This document shows positions 1 through 10,960 of a stretch of DNA of 64,000 nt, piece after piece. The notes beneath the pieces were generated by a model. It saw only the letters and a list, made by a program, of their open reading frames with translations. It did not search any database and was not told the DNA's origin. The DNA is taken from assembly GCA_963720755.1 (NCBI GenBank), contig CAVRGP010000002.1, positions 32,001-96,000 of the forward strand. The letters run 5' to 3'. The position numbers were made by a program, and so were the translations under genes. The stretch's first letter is position 1, and each line of letters starts with the position of its first letter. This DNA comes from an uncultured Chloroflexia bacterium. GTDB lineage: Bacteria > Chloroflexota > Limnocylindria > Limnocylindrales > CSP1-4.

Positions 1-1346
1 ACAAAGGCCCCGTGGGCGAAGGCGTGGCTTCGGCCAAGGGCGAATGGCTGCGAGCCTCGGCGCAACATGAGGGTCGCAACGACCGGGACCATCGGAAACA
101 GGTAACGGTCGTAGACGGCGCCGATCGCCGAGTAGAGTGCAAGTTCCGCGCCGTATAGGAGCAGGAAGAGCAACAGCGGGGCTTCTGGGGCGTGCGCGAA
201 TCGAACCACGAACGCCTTTGCCGTTGACAAGTTTGTGACCCCGATGACGTGGTGCTTACCCCGCGTCAGGATGAGCGCCCCAACCAAGATCGCCGCGAAG
301 ATGGCCAGTTGCTCGGACAGTGCCCAAGAAGTGCTACCAAAGACTGTCTCCCGGGACCCTGTTAGGAAGAAATCGCCCGTGGGGCCCTCGTAGTAGCCTC
401 CTGGACCGATGTAGCCTCCCCCCAGGCCGTTGGACGTCCAAAGGTTCCCGATGATCGGTCCGTTCGGCGACAGAGCGACCATCAAGCCCACTGCGGCGGC
501 AGCAAGCAAGATCGCGTGCGGGCTGATTGCACCGATCCGCTCCCCCGCCCAAAGCACGGCGGCGGGGAGGACAACCGCTGCCAGCGTGATGAATGCCGGG
601 CCCAGGATGCTTAGATATTGGGAGTGCACCGATACCGGCTGGACGTTGCCGGGAAGCGAAGCGACCACCCCGATGATGGTTGCTACCCCGACAACCAGAA
701 CCATTGACACAAAAGCAAGGAGTGTTCGCTCGCCGGCGCGACTCCGGACCCAGGCGACCGCGAGTATCGCGACTGGGGCGCTGATCGCGAATTCGCGGAT
801 GCCCACGGCAAGAAGACCGATGCCGATTGAAACCATGAGGGTCCATCGTCCGCCATCCCCCTGGAGCCACTTGGTTCCCAAGTACAGGCAAACCATGACG
901 AACGCAAACGTAGGCCCATCTGTCATGAAGCTCGCCGATTGGCGAACAAAGCCAGGCATCGCCTGAGTAAGCAGGACGACAAACACCGCGGAGGCTATTC
1001 CCAGGAAGCGTCGTGCCAAGAGGTAGGTGGCGACGACTCCGATCGAGGCCATGACGAGTCCATACGCCGTAAATGCCCAGGGGTCACCGCCGGATACCCA
1101 AAGGAATGGCTGAACAGTCAATAGTTGCCCGATGAACGCGGCAGTGTGCGCGAACAAATCGACGGAGCCAGTCTGAAACAGACCGGTCGCCGCTCGCATG
1201 TAGACCCAGTCGTCGTTGCTCGGCAGGCCGATGGCGCCCGCAGCGGCAGCCATCCATAGCGGGATGCCGACCGCGACCAAGGCGAGGATCGTCATTGATC
1301 CCACGTCCTTCGGTCCGATACGTACCCTCGTCGGAAGCCAATTCAT
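1..1346 (-). CDS. GT-C fold (ArnT/PMT, GT39-like) membrane glycosyltransferase, 3' end beyond window
   Basis: Manual translation from ATG 1346: MNWLPTRVRIG...GLPSNDDWVYMRAA..., an acidic DD motif after the first TM helix followed by many hydrophobic segments. It is missing from the ORF track, consistent with running off the window. Confidence 0.65.
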   Translation of the reverse strand, partial: MNWLPTRVRIGPKDVGSMTILALVAVGIPLWMAAAAGAIGLPSNDDWVYMRAATGLFQTGSVDLFAHTAAFIGQLLTVQPFLWVSGGDPWAFTAYGLVMASIGVVATYLLARRFLGIASAVFVVLLTQAMPGFVRQSASFMTDGPTFAFVMVCLYLGTKWLQGDGGRWTLMVSIGIGLLAVGIREFAISAPVAILAVAWVRSRAGERTLLAFVSMVLVVGVATIIGVVASLPGNVQPVSVHSQYLSILGPAFITLAAVVLPAAVLWAGERIGAISPHAILLAAAAVGLMVALSPNGPIIGNLWTSNGLGGGYIGPGGYYEGPTGDFFLTGSRETVFGSTSWALSEQLAIFAAILVGALILTRGKHHVIGVTNLSTAKAFVVRFAHAPEAPLLLFLLLYGAELALYSAIGAVYDRYLFPMVPVVATLMLRRGSQPFALGRSHAFAHGAF

Positions 1347-1347
1347 G

Positions 1348-3405
1348 TCATGGGACCTGCAGGATCTCGGCTTCGCCGCTTCCGGCGACTGGGACCGCTC
1401 CGCTGACGAGCGTGTTCGGGTGCCTGGCATCAGCATAGATGTAGTCGATGCCGTGCTCCTTCATGAACCCGATGACGCTGCTTGACGAAGGTCGAGCAGT
1501 CGCGTTCGGGTACAGCGCTAGTTGCGGGGCGGCTCTGAAGAATTGGCTGACCACTGCGAGCGATGGTTCGGCGCCAAGTAGGGTGCTTGGAAATTCCGCC
1601 TCGAAGCACATCGGGACGACGCGGCGGCCAGCGTGCGCATCGATGCTAAGAAGTTGAGGTGTTCCAAACGCTACCTCGTCGAACGGCTGGCATGAGTAAG
1701 CCAATTTCGCATCCGAGGGCAACTGGCTGATGGCTTCGAGAAGGGCGATCGGGATCGGCTCGTAGCCAGAAGGTCCGAAGCCCTGCAGGCGGACGATCCC
1801 GTTCGCAAATCCCAACTCCAGCTGGATCCCGCACAAGGCGATCAATGCGATGGTGAGCCGGACGTGCCTCGTCCTTGGAGGCGCTCCCAGACGATCGCCA
1901 CGGCGGCAGCCGCGATCGGCGTGGCGAAGACTGCGATTCCGGCGAAGTACAGGTAGAACATCGTGAAGTCGCCGAGCCGCGCACCCCACGCGACTGCGCC
2001 CACAGCAAGGACACCTAGCGTCGCGACGAAGAGATCACTTTGCAGCCGTGCCTCACGCCGTCTCAGATACCAGGCGGCCGGAATCGCGAGGAACACGCCA
2101 GCACCGAGGATCGTGATTGCGACGGAGTCGCGCCATGACGCGTTGAACGGCGCTACGACCACCGAGGGTGCGACGCTGGAAGGGGGTGGGCCGCTTGCTG
2201 ACGGGCTGACTCCCACATCGTGGGCGGTCGCCATGCCCCAGAGCACCGTTGCCAGGACGAGGGCACCGGTTGCGGTCATCGTGCGGACCCAGACGGGCAA
2301 CAAGATCGGTTGCCGCCGCGCACGAATCGACCTCGCAACCTCGAGCGTGCAGACGATCCCCACGCCAACGAGCGCGAGCACCGCGATCGCAATATGGGCG
2401 GGTAGGATGAATGCGACCGCGCTCCCAACGAAGCCAGCGAGCGCCCATGTCGCGCCGCGACGAGTCAAGACGACCACAGCGAAGAGCGCAAGTAGACCCG
2501 CGATGGCACCAAGCCCGTATAGTTGTGACCCCGAAGATCATGCCGACGGCCCAGCCACTGAAGAACGGTCCCGGGATCAACGCGACGGGGGCGAGAAATA
2601 GGCACGCCGTGAACCCGAATGCGAAAGCCTTCCACGAATCGGTGTCCGCCATCCGGCGGACGAGGGTGCCGGTCAGCGCGGCGGCGGCTAGGAGCACGAT
2701 CGGCAAGACGATGAAGAACCGAGCGGCGAGCGGCGGCGCGCCGAAGATCGTGATGGCGGCGGAAGCGAGCCACAGTTCGCCCCAGTGGTACCAAGTCTGC
2801 TCGGGCAACCCGGCCAGATCCGTGAAGCCGGACGGCGAGAGTATTCGTCTCGGTGCCAGAGGTGGCCAGGTCGCGGCCGAGGACCGCGTAATACGCCTCG
2901 TCACGGTTCTCCACAGGCTGGACGCCATTGCGCGGGCTCGGTGCCATCGTTGATCCATACAGGAGGGCGATCGCAACGACGAAGGCGCCACCACCGAGCG
3001 CCGCGAGAGCGATCGATCGATTGCGCTCCCAACGCGTCCGTCTCCGCGGCCGTGGGCGCCGCCGATGCGCTGCTTGCGGCTTGACCTCGTGGCCGGAACC
3101 GTGGGACAAGCGCAAGCGATGATGGCGATGGCGAAGCCGATGGCCACCGGCGTGAATGAGCTCCGCCCGCCGGACCAGATTGCGGCCCACCAGGCGGCGA
3201 GGACCAGGAGCCCGGATGCCAGGCCGACGCCGAGCGTCTCGCCCGCCCGCGCGTTGACCTCGAGCAGGCCAACGGTGCGCGCCACCCAGATGCCAAACAC
3301 GAGAGCGATCGCCCCGAACAGCAGGCCCTGGGCGATCGCCAGCCACACGGCTCCGTCGGCGACGGTGATGGCGAACTCAGACACGAGTGGAGGCAGCCAA
3401 CTCAC
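1348..3405 (-). CDS. Large polytopic membrane protein (possible GT-C/glycan-modifying), broken by several frameshifts
   Basis: Hydrophobic segments continue across overlapping ORFs 2053..3405, 2465..3346, 1842..2477 and 1348..1989. Loop motifs RDEAYYA and WYHWGELW; C-terminus 'HGIDYIYAD'. Confidence 0.55.
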
Positions 3406-3685
3406 GGGAAGTCCTCGACCATGTTCGCGCGGAGGGCCTGAGCGAGAGCGGGCGCCGATCGACTAGTACTCGTCACGCGCGCATCGTAGCCGGACGCGTT
3501 CCCGACCCAATGTGACGCGAAGGTCCGCCTCGCGCCGGGACCCTCCGACCTCCAGCGGCGTCTCCACCATGTCGTCGTATCCCGTCGCCCTCCTGTACGC
3601 GGATCGCCATGGCTACATCGAAAATCCGGGTTCGCCTCCGGCACCCGGGGGCTACACCAGGCTCGATGCCCGGCGCCAAACGGAT

Positions 3686-3739
3686 TAGTCATTTCGTACT
3701 GGGGGGCGCCGAGCGCGACCCGGTGCTACCCTGCACCGG
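3686..3739 (+). promoter_or_regulatory. Putative activator site TAGTCATTTCGTACT plus extended -10 (TGC-TACCCT) enclosed in a CCGGTGC/GCACCGG inverted repeat
   Basis: Same architecture recurs at 8050-8102; GTG start 15 nt after the first base of the -10. Confidence 0.6.
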
Positions 3740-3741
3740 CC

Positions 3742-5373
3742 GTGCGAATCCCTCTGCTCCTGTACGGGCTTGCGTTCGCCGTTCGCGCCGGGTTGATGCT
3801 CCTGTTCCCCGACCCGGCCTACCCGGATTCGTTCTACTACGTCGACGTGGCGCGGGCGCTCGGCGAGCGGACACGGGCTGAACGTCGACTTCGTCTGGAT
3901 CTTCGCGGAGGTCGGCGGCAAGTTGCCCGCCGATGCGGTCCTGCCCATCCCGTCGAACGCGCACTGGCTCCCCCTGGCGTCGTTCATCCAGGCGCCGTTC
4001 ATCGTGCTCATGGGCGCGACGGCGATCGCATCCGCGCTGCCGATGGTGCTCATCGGCTCACTGGCCGCGCCGCTGACCTGGCTGATCGCCCGTGACATGG
4101 GCGCTTCCCGGACCGTGCAGCTGGGTGCCGCGGTCCTCGCCGCCATCCCCGCAGCGGGGACGGTGTTCATGCCGCAGCCAGAGAACTTCGCGATCTTCCA
4201 GCCGCTGGTGGCGGCGACCCTGTGGTTCGCGGCTCGTGGGCTGCGGGGCGACACGAAGTCATACGCGGCGGCGGGGCTCCTCGTCGGGCTCGCCTCGATC
4301 GCACGCAACGACGCCTTCCTGCTGGGCGCGGCCGTCGGCCTCGTCTTCGTCATCGATCGGGTCCGAGCCTGGCGGCGCGGCGATCGTCCGCACATCTCGG
4401 TCCTCGCGGCGGCCGCCTGCATCGGGCTCTACCTGCTCATCGTCGTCCCGTGGTGGTACCGGCAGTACACCGTCTTCGGGTCGATCTCGCCGACGGCATC
4501 GACCGGTACCGCGCTGTGGCTGACGGAGTACCGGCAGTGGAACAGCATCACCGCGGACGTGTCGCTCGCGAACTTCCTGGCCCAGGGACCCGCCGGCATC
4601 ATCGGCAGCCGGCTCGGTGGGCTCGTGTCGGCGCCGCGAACTTCGCGGTCGTCATCTGCTCGGTCGTGCTCGTCCCATTCGTCGTGTGGGGCGGCTGGAT
4701 CCGCCGCCGCTCGGACGACTTGCTGCCCTGGTTCCTGTACGTCCTCATCATGTTCCTCGGCGCGACGCTGCTCTTCCCGTTGCACGTTCCGGGCGGCGCG
4801 TTCATCCATTCGGCCGTCGGGATGGGTCCGTATGCCTACATCCTGGCGCTGGAGGGTGTCGCGGCCCTGGTCGCGTGGATCGCGAAACGACGACCGAGCT
4901 GGGACGCATCGACCGCGACGCCGGTCTTCTCCTGGGCGGTCGTCGCCCTCGTGATCCTCACCGCGGCGCTGTACGCCCCGGTGGTCCAGGCCGGCTGGCG
5001 GGCGGCCGCGGCCCCACGGATCGAACTCGCCACGCAGCTGGACGAGATGGGCGTCCCGTCCACGGACCGGCTGATGTCCATCGATGCCGGCGGGTTCAAG
5101 TACTTCACAGGGCGGGGTGGTGTCGTCTCGCCGGACGACCCGATCGACACGATCCGAGAGGTCGCAGACGCCTACGACATCCGCTGGCTGGTCCTGGAGC
5201 GAAACGGCACGGTCGAGGCCCTCAAGCCCGTCCTCGATGGCGCGGCGCGGCCGGCCTGGATCGGGCCGCCGTCCTTCACGGTCGCAGCGGCTGACGATGG
5301 ACCACCGACGCTGGGGCTCTATCCTGTGTGCTTCGACGTATCCGACACCCGCTGCGGGGAGGCAGGGTCATGA
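3742..5373 (+). CDS. Glycosyltransferase family 39 / ArnT-like membrane protein (two apparent frameshifts near 3865 and 4630)
   Basis: N-terminal 'PDPAYPDSFYYVDVARAL', 'HWLPL', 'GLASIARND'; multi-TM; C-terminal soluble 'DPIDTIREVADAYDIRWLVLE'. Confidence 0.7.
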
Positions 5374-6997
5374 GTCGACGCGAAGCTTGGTTGACGGCAG
5401 GCGCGATCTTCGTCGTCGCGTTCCTCGTGCGGCTGGTGTTCGCGTCGCAGATCGTCTTCCCGAAGCCGGAAGACACCGCCTACTACGTCGGGGTGGCGCA
5501 GAACCTGGTCGAGGGGCGGGGCCTCGTCACGGACGCCATCTGGAGCTTCCAGACGCCGCCGCTCGAGTTCCCACGGGCGGCGTTCGAGATCTGGCTACCC
5601 CTCCCGACGTTCCTCGCCGCGGTCCCCATGCTGTTGTTCGGAGCGACCTTTGCGGCCGCCCAATGGTCGTCGGTCCTGGCGGGCGCGATCGTGCCCGTCC
5701 TCGCCTGGCGCCTGGCCGCCGACATGGCCGCGGAGTACGAGGTCCCGCATCGCCCGAGCCCGGGTCCTCGCGATCGGGAGTGGCCTGACCGCCGCGGTCT
5801 ACCTGCCCCTCCTGCTCCACTCGGCCCTGCCCGATTCGACGATGCCGTTCACGGTCCTCGCCCTCTCGGCGTGCCTGCTGATGGCCCGTTTCGTCGCGCA
5901 TCCCCGGGATGTCCGGCTTCGCGACCCGCGCGTGATCGCGGTCGGCCTGCTGATCGGCCTGGCGGCCCTGACCCGCAACGAGGCGATCTACATCGGTCTC
6001 GCCTGGGCGATCGTGGTCTGGCGGATGGGCGGCGTGGCTCGAGGGCGACGGGTGGCCATCATCGTCGAGGTCGCCGTCATCGCCGGACTCATCTTCCTGC
6101 CCTGGGCGGTTCGCGACTGGCTGGTCTTCGGCAGTCCGTTGCCCGGTCAGGCAGTCGCCAACGCCCTGGCCGTGAACGGATACAGATGTCTTCGCCTGGA
6201 ATGATCCGCCGACGCTGGCCCGATACCTCGCCGTCGGCCCGATCGGCCTGGTCGGCATGCGCATCGGCGGCATCGTCCACAACCTGTTCAACGTCCTGCT
6301 CCTGCCCGGGCTGCCGATCTCGGTCATCGGACTCGTCGGCCTGTACTGGACCATTCGAAGCCAGGCACTCCGGCCCGTCGTCATCGTCAGCTTCACCGCA
6401 TTCATCGTCACCAGCCTCGTCTTCCCGGTCACCACGACCTGGGGGACCTTCCTCCATGCATCCGGTCCGTTCCAGGTGCTGCTCGTGGTGTCGGCCCTGT
6501 TCCTTCTCGACGGCCTGATCGAGGAGGTGAGCATCCGGAGGAAGTGGACGAACCCGAACGCCTGGCTCGGTGCCGTGCTCGGGATCTTCGGGTCGCTCCT
6601 GTTCTCGATCGTGCTCCTTCCGTCGTTCGCGGCAGGCTCGCGCGACACGGCCCGGCTGTACGAGGTCCTCGGGGAACGCATGGCGGCCATCGGGCATCCG
6701 ATCGATCCGGCGGACGGCCCGATCATCTCGAACTACCCGATCTGGATGGCCGAGACGCAAGGCGTCTATGCGCTCGGCCTGCCCGACGAACCGCCGCGCG
6801 ACGTCGTCGACCTTGCGGATCACTTCGGATCGACCCTGCTCATCCTGGTCGACGCGAACAGCACCCATTGGCCCGCGGATCTCGAGGCTGGCGTGGACGG
6901 CTCCGGTTGCTTCCACGAGGTCGACCTGCAGCATCCAGACGCGTCACTGGAGGATCCGCTCGCGGATACCAAGGTCTTCGAGATCGCCTGCCCGTGA
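5370..6997 (+). CDS. Second GT39/ArnT-like membrane glycosyltransferase, paralog of the upstream gene (frameshifts near 5745 and 6185)
   Basis: ATGA overlap with the upstream stop. Motifs 'PKPEDTAYYVGVAQNL', 'IWLPLP' and 'GLAALTRNE' parallel the upstream gene. Confidence 0.7.
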
Positions 6998-8052
6998 CCC
7001 GCGTCTGCATCGTCATCCTCGGTATGCACCGATCGGGTACGAGCGCGCTGGCGGGCACGCTCGGCTTGCTCGGCGCGACGATGCCGGAGCACCAGATCGC
7101 CGCGAACCCGACCAATCCGACCGGACACTGGGAGCCGGAGCGGCTGGTCCGGATCAATGACCGGCTACTCGAGGAGGCGGGCAGCGGTTGGCAGGACTGG
7201 CGCCGCTTCGACCCGGGCGCCGTGCCGCCGGAACGGATGCGTGCGTACCGCGACGAGATCGCCGCCTGCCTGGAGGACGAGTACCCGCAGTCGACGCTGT
7301 TCGTCGTGAAGGACCCGAGGATCTCGCGGATGGTCCCGCTCTATTCCGACATCCTCGGATCGATGGGCGTGGATCCGAAGTACATCCTGTGCGTCCGGAA
7401 CCCGACCGACGTGACGGCATCGCTGGTCCGTCGCAGTGGCATCTCGGCAGGGTCATCGGCGCTTCTCTGGCTGAGGCATGTCCTCGACGCCGAGCGCATG
7501 ACTCGCGGCAAGACCCGCACGTTCGTGTCCTATGAGGCACTCCTCGACGATTGGCGACACGTCGTGCTCAGGATGTCCGGGTCACTTGATCTCGAATGGC
7601 CACGCTCCATCGATGACGCCGCGCCGGATGTCGAACCCTTCCTCCAGGGAGATCTTCGGCACCATGCCCGGACAACGGGCGGAATGGGCGGCGGCGAGCA
7701 GATCGAGCGATGGGTGGGCGAGGTCTACGCTGCTCTCCTTTCCCTGATCGGGGATCCGGGCGATGGCGAGGCCATGGCCACGCTCGATCGCGTCAGCGCT
7801 GCGTTCGAACCGGCCGGCGAGACCTTCGGGTCGGCGACGTTTCCTGACCTCGTCGAACGTGATCGGCAGCTCGCCGCGATGGCCAAGCAGCTTCGCGTCG
7901 AGACGAGGCGCAGGGAGAGGACCGAGAAGCGGCTCGACGCCGTCCTGGCCAGCCGGTCGTGGCGTCTCACTCGACCACTTCGCGGCCGCAACCCACGTGA
8001 CCCGAAGGACGGTACGTCGCCGGATCACCATCCCGAAGCCACGCCCGAATAG
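6994..8052 (+). CDS. Sulfotransferase-family protein with C-terminal coiled coil
   Basis: GTG start overlapping the upstream stop. 'ILGMHRSGTS' PAPS-binding loop, 'VKDPR', 'VRNP..V..S'; tail 'SRSWRLTRPLR'. Confidence 0.8.
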   Translation: MTRVCIVILGMHRSGTSALAGTLGLLGATMPEHQIAANPTNPTGHWEPERLVRINDRLLEEAGSGWQDWRRFDPGAVPPERMRAYRDEIAACLEDEYPQSTLFVVKDPRISRMVPLYSDILGSMGVDPKYILCVRNPTDVTASLVRRSGISAGSSALLWLRHVLDAERMTRGKTRTFVSYEALLDDWRHVVLRMSGSLDLEWPRSIDDAAPDVEPFLQGDLRHHARTTGGMGGGEQIERWVGEVYAALLSLIGDPGDGEAMATLDRVSAAFEPAGETFGSATFPDLVERDRQLAAMAKQLRVETRRRERTEKRLDAVLASRSWRLTRPLRGRNPRDPKDGTSPDHHPEATPE

Positions 8053-8102
8053 GTCTTTCGTACCAGTCGGCGGAACCGGTGCCCGGTGCTACGCTGCACC
8101 GG
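8050..8102 (+). promoter_or_regulatory. Putative activator site TAGGTCTTTCGTACC plus extended -10 (TGC-TACGCT) within a CCGGTGC/GCACCGG inverted repeat
   Basis: Near-copy of the 3686-3739 promoter, upstream of the two-component genes. Confidence 0.6.
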
Positions 8103-8160
8103 CTGTGAGATACCCCATCGTCCTGAGCACGCTTGGCCCCGCCCGCACGGGCGTGGGCTC

Positions 8161-8904
8161 GTGACGACCGCCTCGTATACTCGGACACCGATGGAGCACG
8201 CACGCGTCGCCACCGAACCCACGGACGACCCACCCGATATCGGGCTGCGCCTTGTCGAGGCCCAGGAGACGGAGCGAGCGCGCCTTGCCCAGGAGGTCCA
8301 CGATGGACCGGCCCAGGCGCTCAGCAACGCCATCTTCCAGGTTGAGCTCATCGAGAAGCTGATCGACTCCGACCTCCCCCTCGCCCGCTCCGAGCTGCAC
8401 TACCTGCGCGAGCTGCTCCGGCGCGAGTTGGACGGCGTCCGTTCGTTCATCAGCCAGCTCCGGCCCCCGATCCTCGACGAGTTGGGCCTGAATGGCGCGA
8501 TCACCGATGCCGTTTCACGCCTGCGGACCCTGACCGGATTGGACATCGCCACCAACCTGGCCGCCCCGACGGACGGCCTGACCGACGCCCAGCGGACGGT
8601 CGCCCTGCGCGTCGCCCAGGAGTCCCTCCAGAACGTCCGAAAGCACGCCGCGGCCACGCATGTCACGGTCACCACGGCGCTGCGCGACGATGGTTGGACG
8701 CTGGAAGTCGGCGACGATGGGCGGGGTTTCGATCCGGGTGACATGGCGGCCCGCGGTCGGCGAAACTTCGGATTGCAATTCATGCGTGAACGCGCCGACC
8801 TGACCGGCGCACGATTCGACGTACGATCGCATCCGGATGGCGGCACCGTCGTCCGGCTGGTGATCCCGATCGGGGCCACCACGGGAGGAGAGGAGCGCTC
8901 ATGA
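8161..8904 (+). CDS. Cytoplasmic HisKA_3 (DegS/NarX-type) histidine kinase without a sensor domain
   Basis: H-box 'ERARLAQEVHDGPAQ', N-box 'QESLQNVRKH', G1 'DDGRGF', G2 'FGLQFMRER', 'GGTVV'. Start is GTG 8161 or ATG 8191. Confidence 0.9.
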   Translation: MTTASYTRTPMEHARVATEPTDDPPDIGLRLVEAQETERARLAQEVHDGPAQALSNAIFQVELIEKLIDSDLPLARSELHYLRELLRRELDGVRSFISQLRPPILDELGLNGAITDAVSRLRTLTGLDIATNLAAPTDGLTDAQRTVALRVAQESLQNVRKHAAATHVTVTTALRDDGWTLEVGDDGRGFDPGDMAARGRRNFGLQFMRERADLTGARFDVRSHPDGGTVVRLVIPIGATTGGEERS

Positions 8905-9647
8905 GTGCCACGGACTACAGCGGGCCTGATCGCCGACGCGGCGGTCCGGAGAAGCGCGCCGCCAACGAGATCACCAGGATCCTGGTGGTGGACGACCACG
9001 CCCTCTTCCGGATGGGGATCGCCAACATCCTGGGCCACGAGGCGGACTTCGACATCGTGGCCGAAGCCGAAGATTCGCGAAGCGCCATCGACCGCGCGCT
9101 GGAGACCTCGCCGGACATCATCCTCATGGACCTGTCGCTGCCCGCTCCGGGTGGCATCGAGACGACCCAGCGGATCAAGCGCGAGTTGCCATCCACCGGG
9201 ATCATCGTCCTGGCCCAGACCGAGGACGAGGACGCCCTGTTCGATGCGATCAAGGCCGGCGCCGCAGCGTTCATCCTGAAGGACGTCGGCCCGGACGATC
9301 TCGTCACCATCATCCGGCGGGTCGTCGCCGGCGAGTACCTCATCAACGACAAGGTCTTCTCCAAGCCGGCCGTCGCCTCGCGGGTCCTCAAGGAGTTCCG
9401 CGAGCTCGCCGTCTACGGTCAGGACGCTGCGCCGATCTTCGCGCCGCTGTCCCCGCGCGAGGTGGAGATCCTGGACAACATCGCCCAGGGCATGACCAAC
9501 AAGCAGGTCGCCTACGCGCTGTCCATCAGCGAACAGACGGTCAAGAACCACATGAGCTCCATCCTGCGCAAGCTGTCCGTGAACGACCGGACCCAGGCCG
9601 TGGTCTATGCCATGCGCCAGGGCTGGATCCGGATGCCGGAGGACTGA
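8901..9647 (+). CDS. NarL/DegU-family response regulator (REC + LuxR HTH)
   Basis: 'VVDDH', 'ILMDLSLP', 'FILKD', HTH 'LSPREVEIL...GMTNKQVAYALSISEQTVKNHMSSILRKL'. Confidence 0.95.
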   Translation: MSATDYSGPDRRRGGPEKRAANEITRILVVDDHALFRMGIANILGHEADFDIVAEAEDSRSAIDRALETSPDIILMDLSLPAPGGIETTQRIKRELPSTGIIVLAQTEDEDALFDAIKAGAAAFILKDVGPDDLVTIIRRVVAGEYLINDKVFSKPAVASRVLKEFRELAVYGQDAAPIFAPLSPREVEILDNIAQGMTNKQVAYALSISEQTVKNHMSSILRKLSVNDRTQAVVYAMRQGWIRMPED

Positions 9648-9658
9648 TCCCCAGCGAC

Positions 9659-10960
9659 ATGACCGAGTCAGCACCCTCCGAGGCGCCGCCAGCGAACCTG
9701 CCTGAACTCTCCGGGCGGATGGCGGACGACCTCGCGAGCCTGGATAAGGAGCTCGCCGAGATCGACCTCCTGATCACCCAGGCGAAGACCGAGGCCGACC
9801 GGCACGAGACCAGGCGGGTGGCAGGCGCGGAGAAGATCGACGCGGCCCACAAGACCGCCGAGTCCGCCGGAACCGCCATGGACCCGGCCCTGGCCGCAGA
9901 CCTGAACGCCCAGCTCGTCCTGCTGACGAAGCGTGCGGCGCTCATGGAGACCCAGGTCGAAGTACTGGAAGGCAAGCGAAAAGTCCTCGGCCGCTACCGC
10001 GACAGTATGGCCGCCTACCTCGGAATACTGGCAGCGATAGGCGACGTGCCTGTGTCATCCGACGCCGCCCGATCCAGCCAGTCCGGAACCGCGATCCCGA
10101 TCGGGACCGTTGCCGCGACGGCCGCGAGGAAGGCCGCCGGGGCAGGCGTCGATCCGGCCGTCTCGCGGCTGCTCCTGGACGCGCAGGAGGACCTGCGCCG
10201 TGAGATCGCCCGGACGATGCACGACGGCCCGGCCCAGAGCCTGACCAACATCGTCCTCCAGGCCCAGATCGTCGAGCGGCTCGTGGCAAGCGACCCGACG
10301 AGCGCGGAGCCGGAAGTTCGTGAACTGATCGCGATGGTCCAGCGCAGCCTGGAAGCCACCAAGTCGTTCATCTTCGACGTTCGGCCGATGGTCCTCGACG
10401 ACCTCGGCCTCGTGCCGACCTTGCGGCGGGCCACCCGCGAGCGCGCCAAGCGCGCCGGTATCCCCATCGACTTCGATTCCATGGGGACGGACCGTCGCCT
10501 GCCGATGGACCTCGAGACCGGGTTGTTCCGGATCCTGGACGAGGCGATGGAGGCCTACGTCGCGGGCCAGGCCACGTGGGTCACCGTCCGGCTCGACTGG
10601 GCCGAACAATTCGAGGCGCACGTCACGGCCTACAGAGAGATGGCCCAGGCGGAACCGGCTGCCACGCCCGAGACGGCGCCCGACGCCGACCTCCCGCCGG
10701 CGCTGGCGGCGATGATGGAGGATCGACGAGCGGACGCACGAGATGCCGTGGAAGCCGCGAAGCGGGATTCGGTCGTGGCCCTGCCTCCGTCCACCTGGCG
10801 CGAGATCGAGGGCCGGGCGACGACGCTCGGGCTGGTGGCGGAATTGCTCAAGGACGGCGCCGAGGTGCGGATCGTCGGCGACCTTGCGGCCGACACGCCC
10901 GATGCGATCGCCGCCGCGGAGGCGGCCGCGGTGGAGGCGGCCGCCACGGACGCATCCTGA
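9659..10960 (+). CDS. HisKA_3 kinase-like protein with N-terminal coiled coil and degenerate ATPase domain
   Basis: H-box 'RREIARTMHDGPAQSLTN' intact; N-box replaced by 'DEAMEAYVAG'; no DxGxG or G2 box. Confidence 0.8.
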   Translation: MTESAPSEAPPANLPELSGRMADDLASLDKELAEIDLLITQAKTEADRHETRRVAGAEKIDAAHKTAESAGTAMDPALAADLNAQLVLLTKRAALMETQVEVLEGKRKVLGRYRDSMAAYLGILAAIGDVPVSSDAARSSQSGTAIPIGTVAATAARKAAGAGVDPAVSRLLLDAQEDLRREIARTMHDGPAQSLTNIVLQAQIVERLVASDPTSAEPEVRELIAMVQRSLEATKSFIFDVRPMVLDDLGLVPTLRRATRERAKRAGIPIDFDSMGTDRRLPMDLETGLFRILDEAMEAYVAGQATWVTVRLDWAEQFEAHVTAYREMAQAEPAATPETAPDADLPPALAAMMEDRRADARDAVEAAKRDSVVALPPSTWREIEGRATTLGLVAELLKDGAEVRIVGDLAADTPDAIAAAEAAAVEAAATDAS

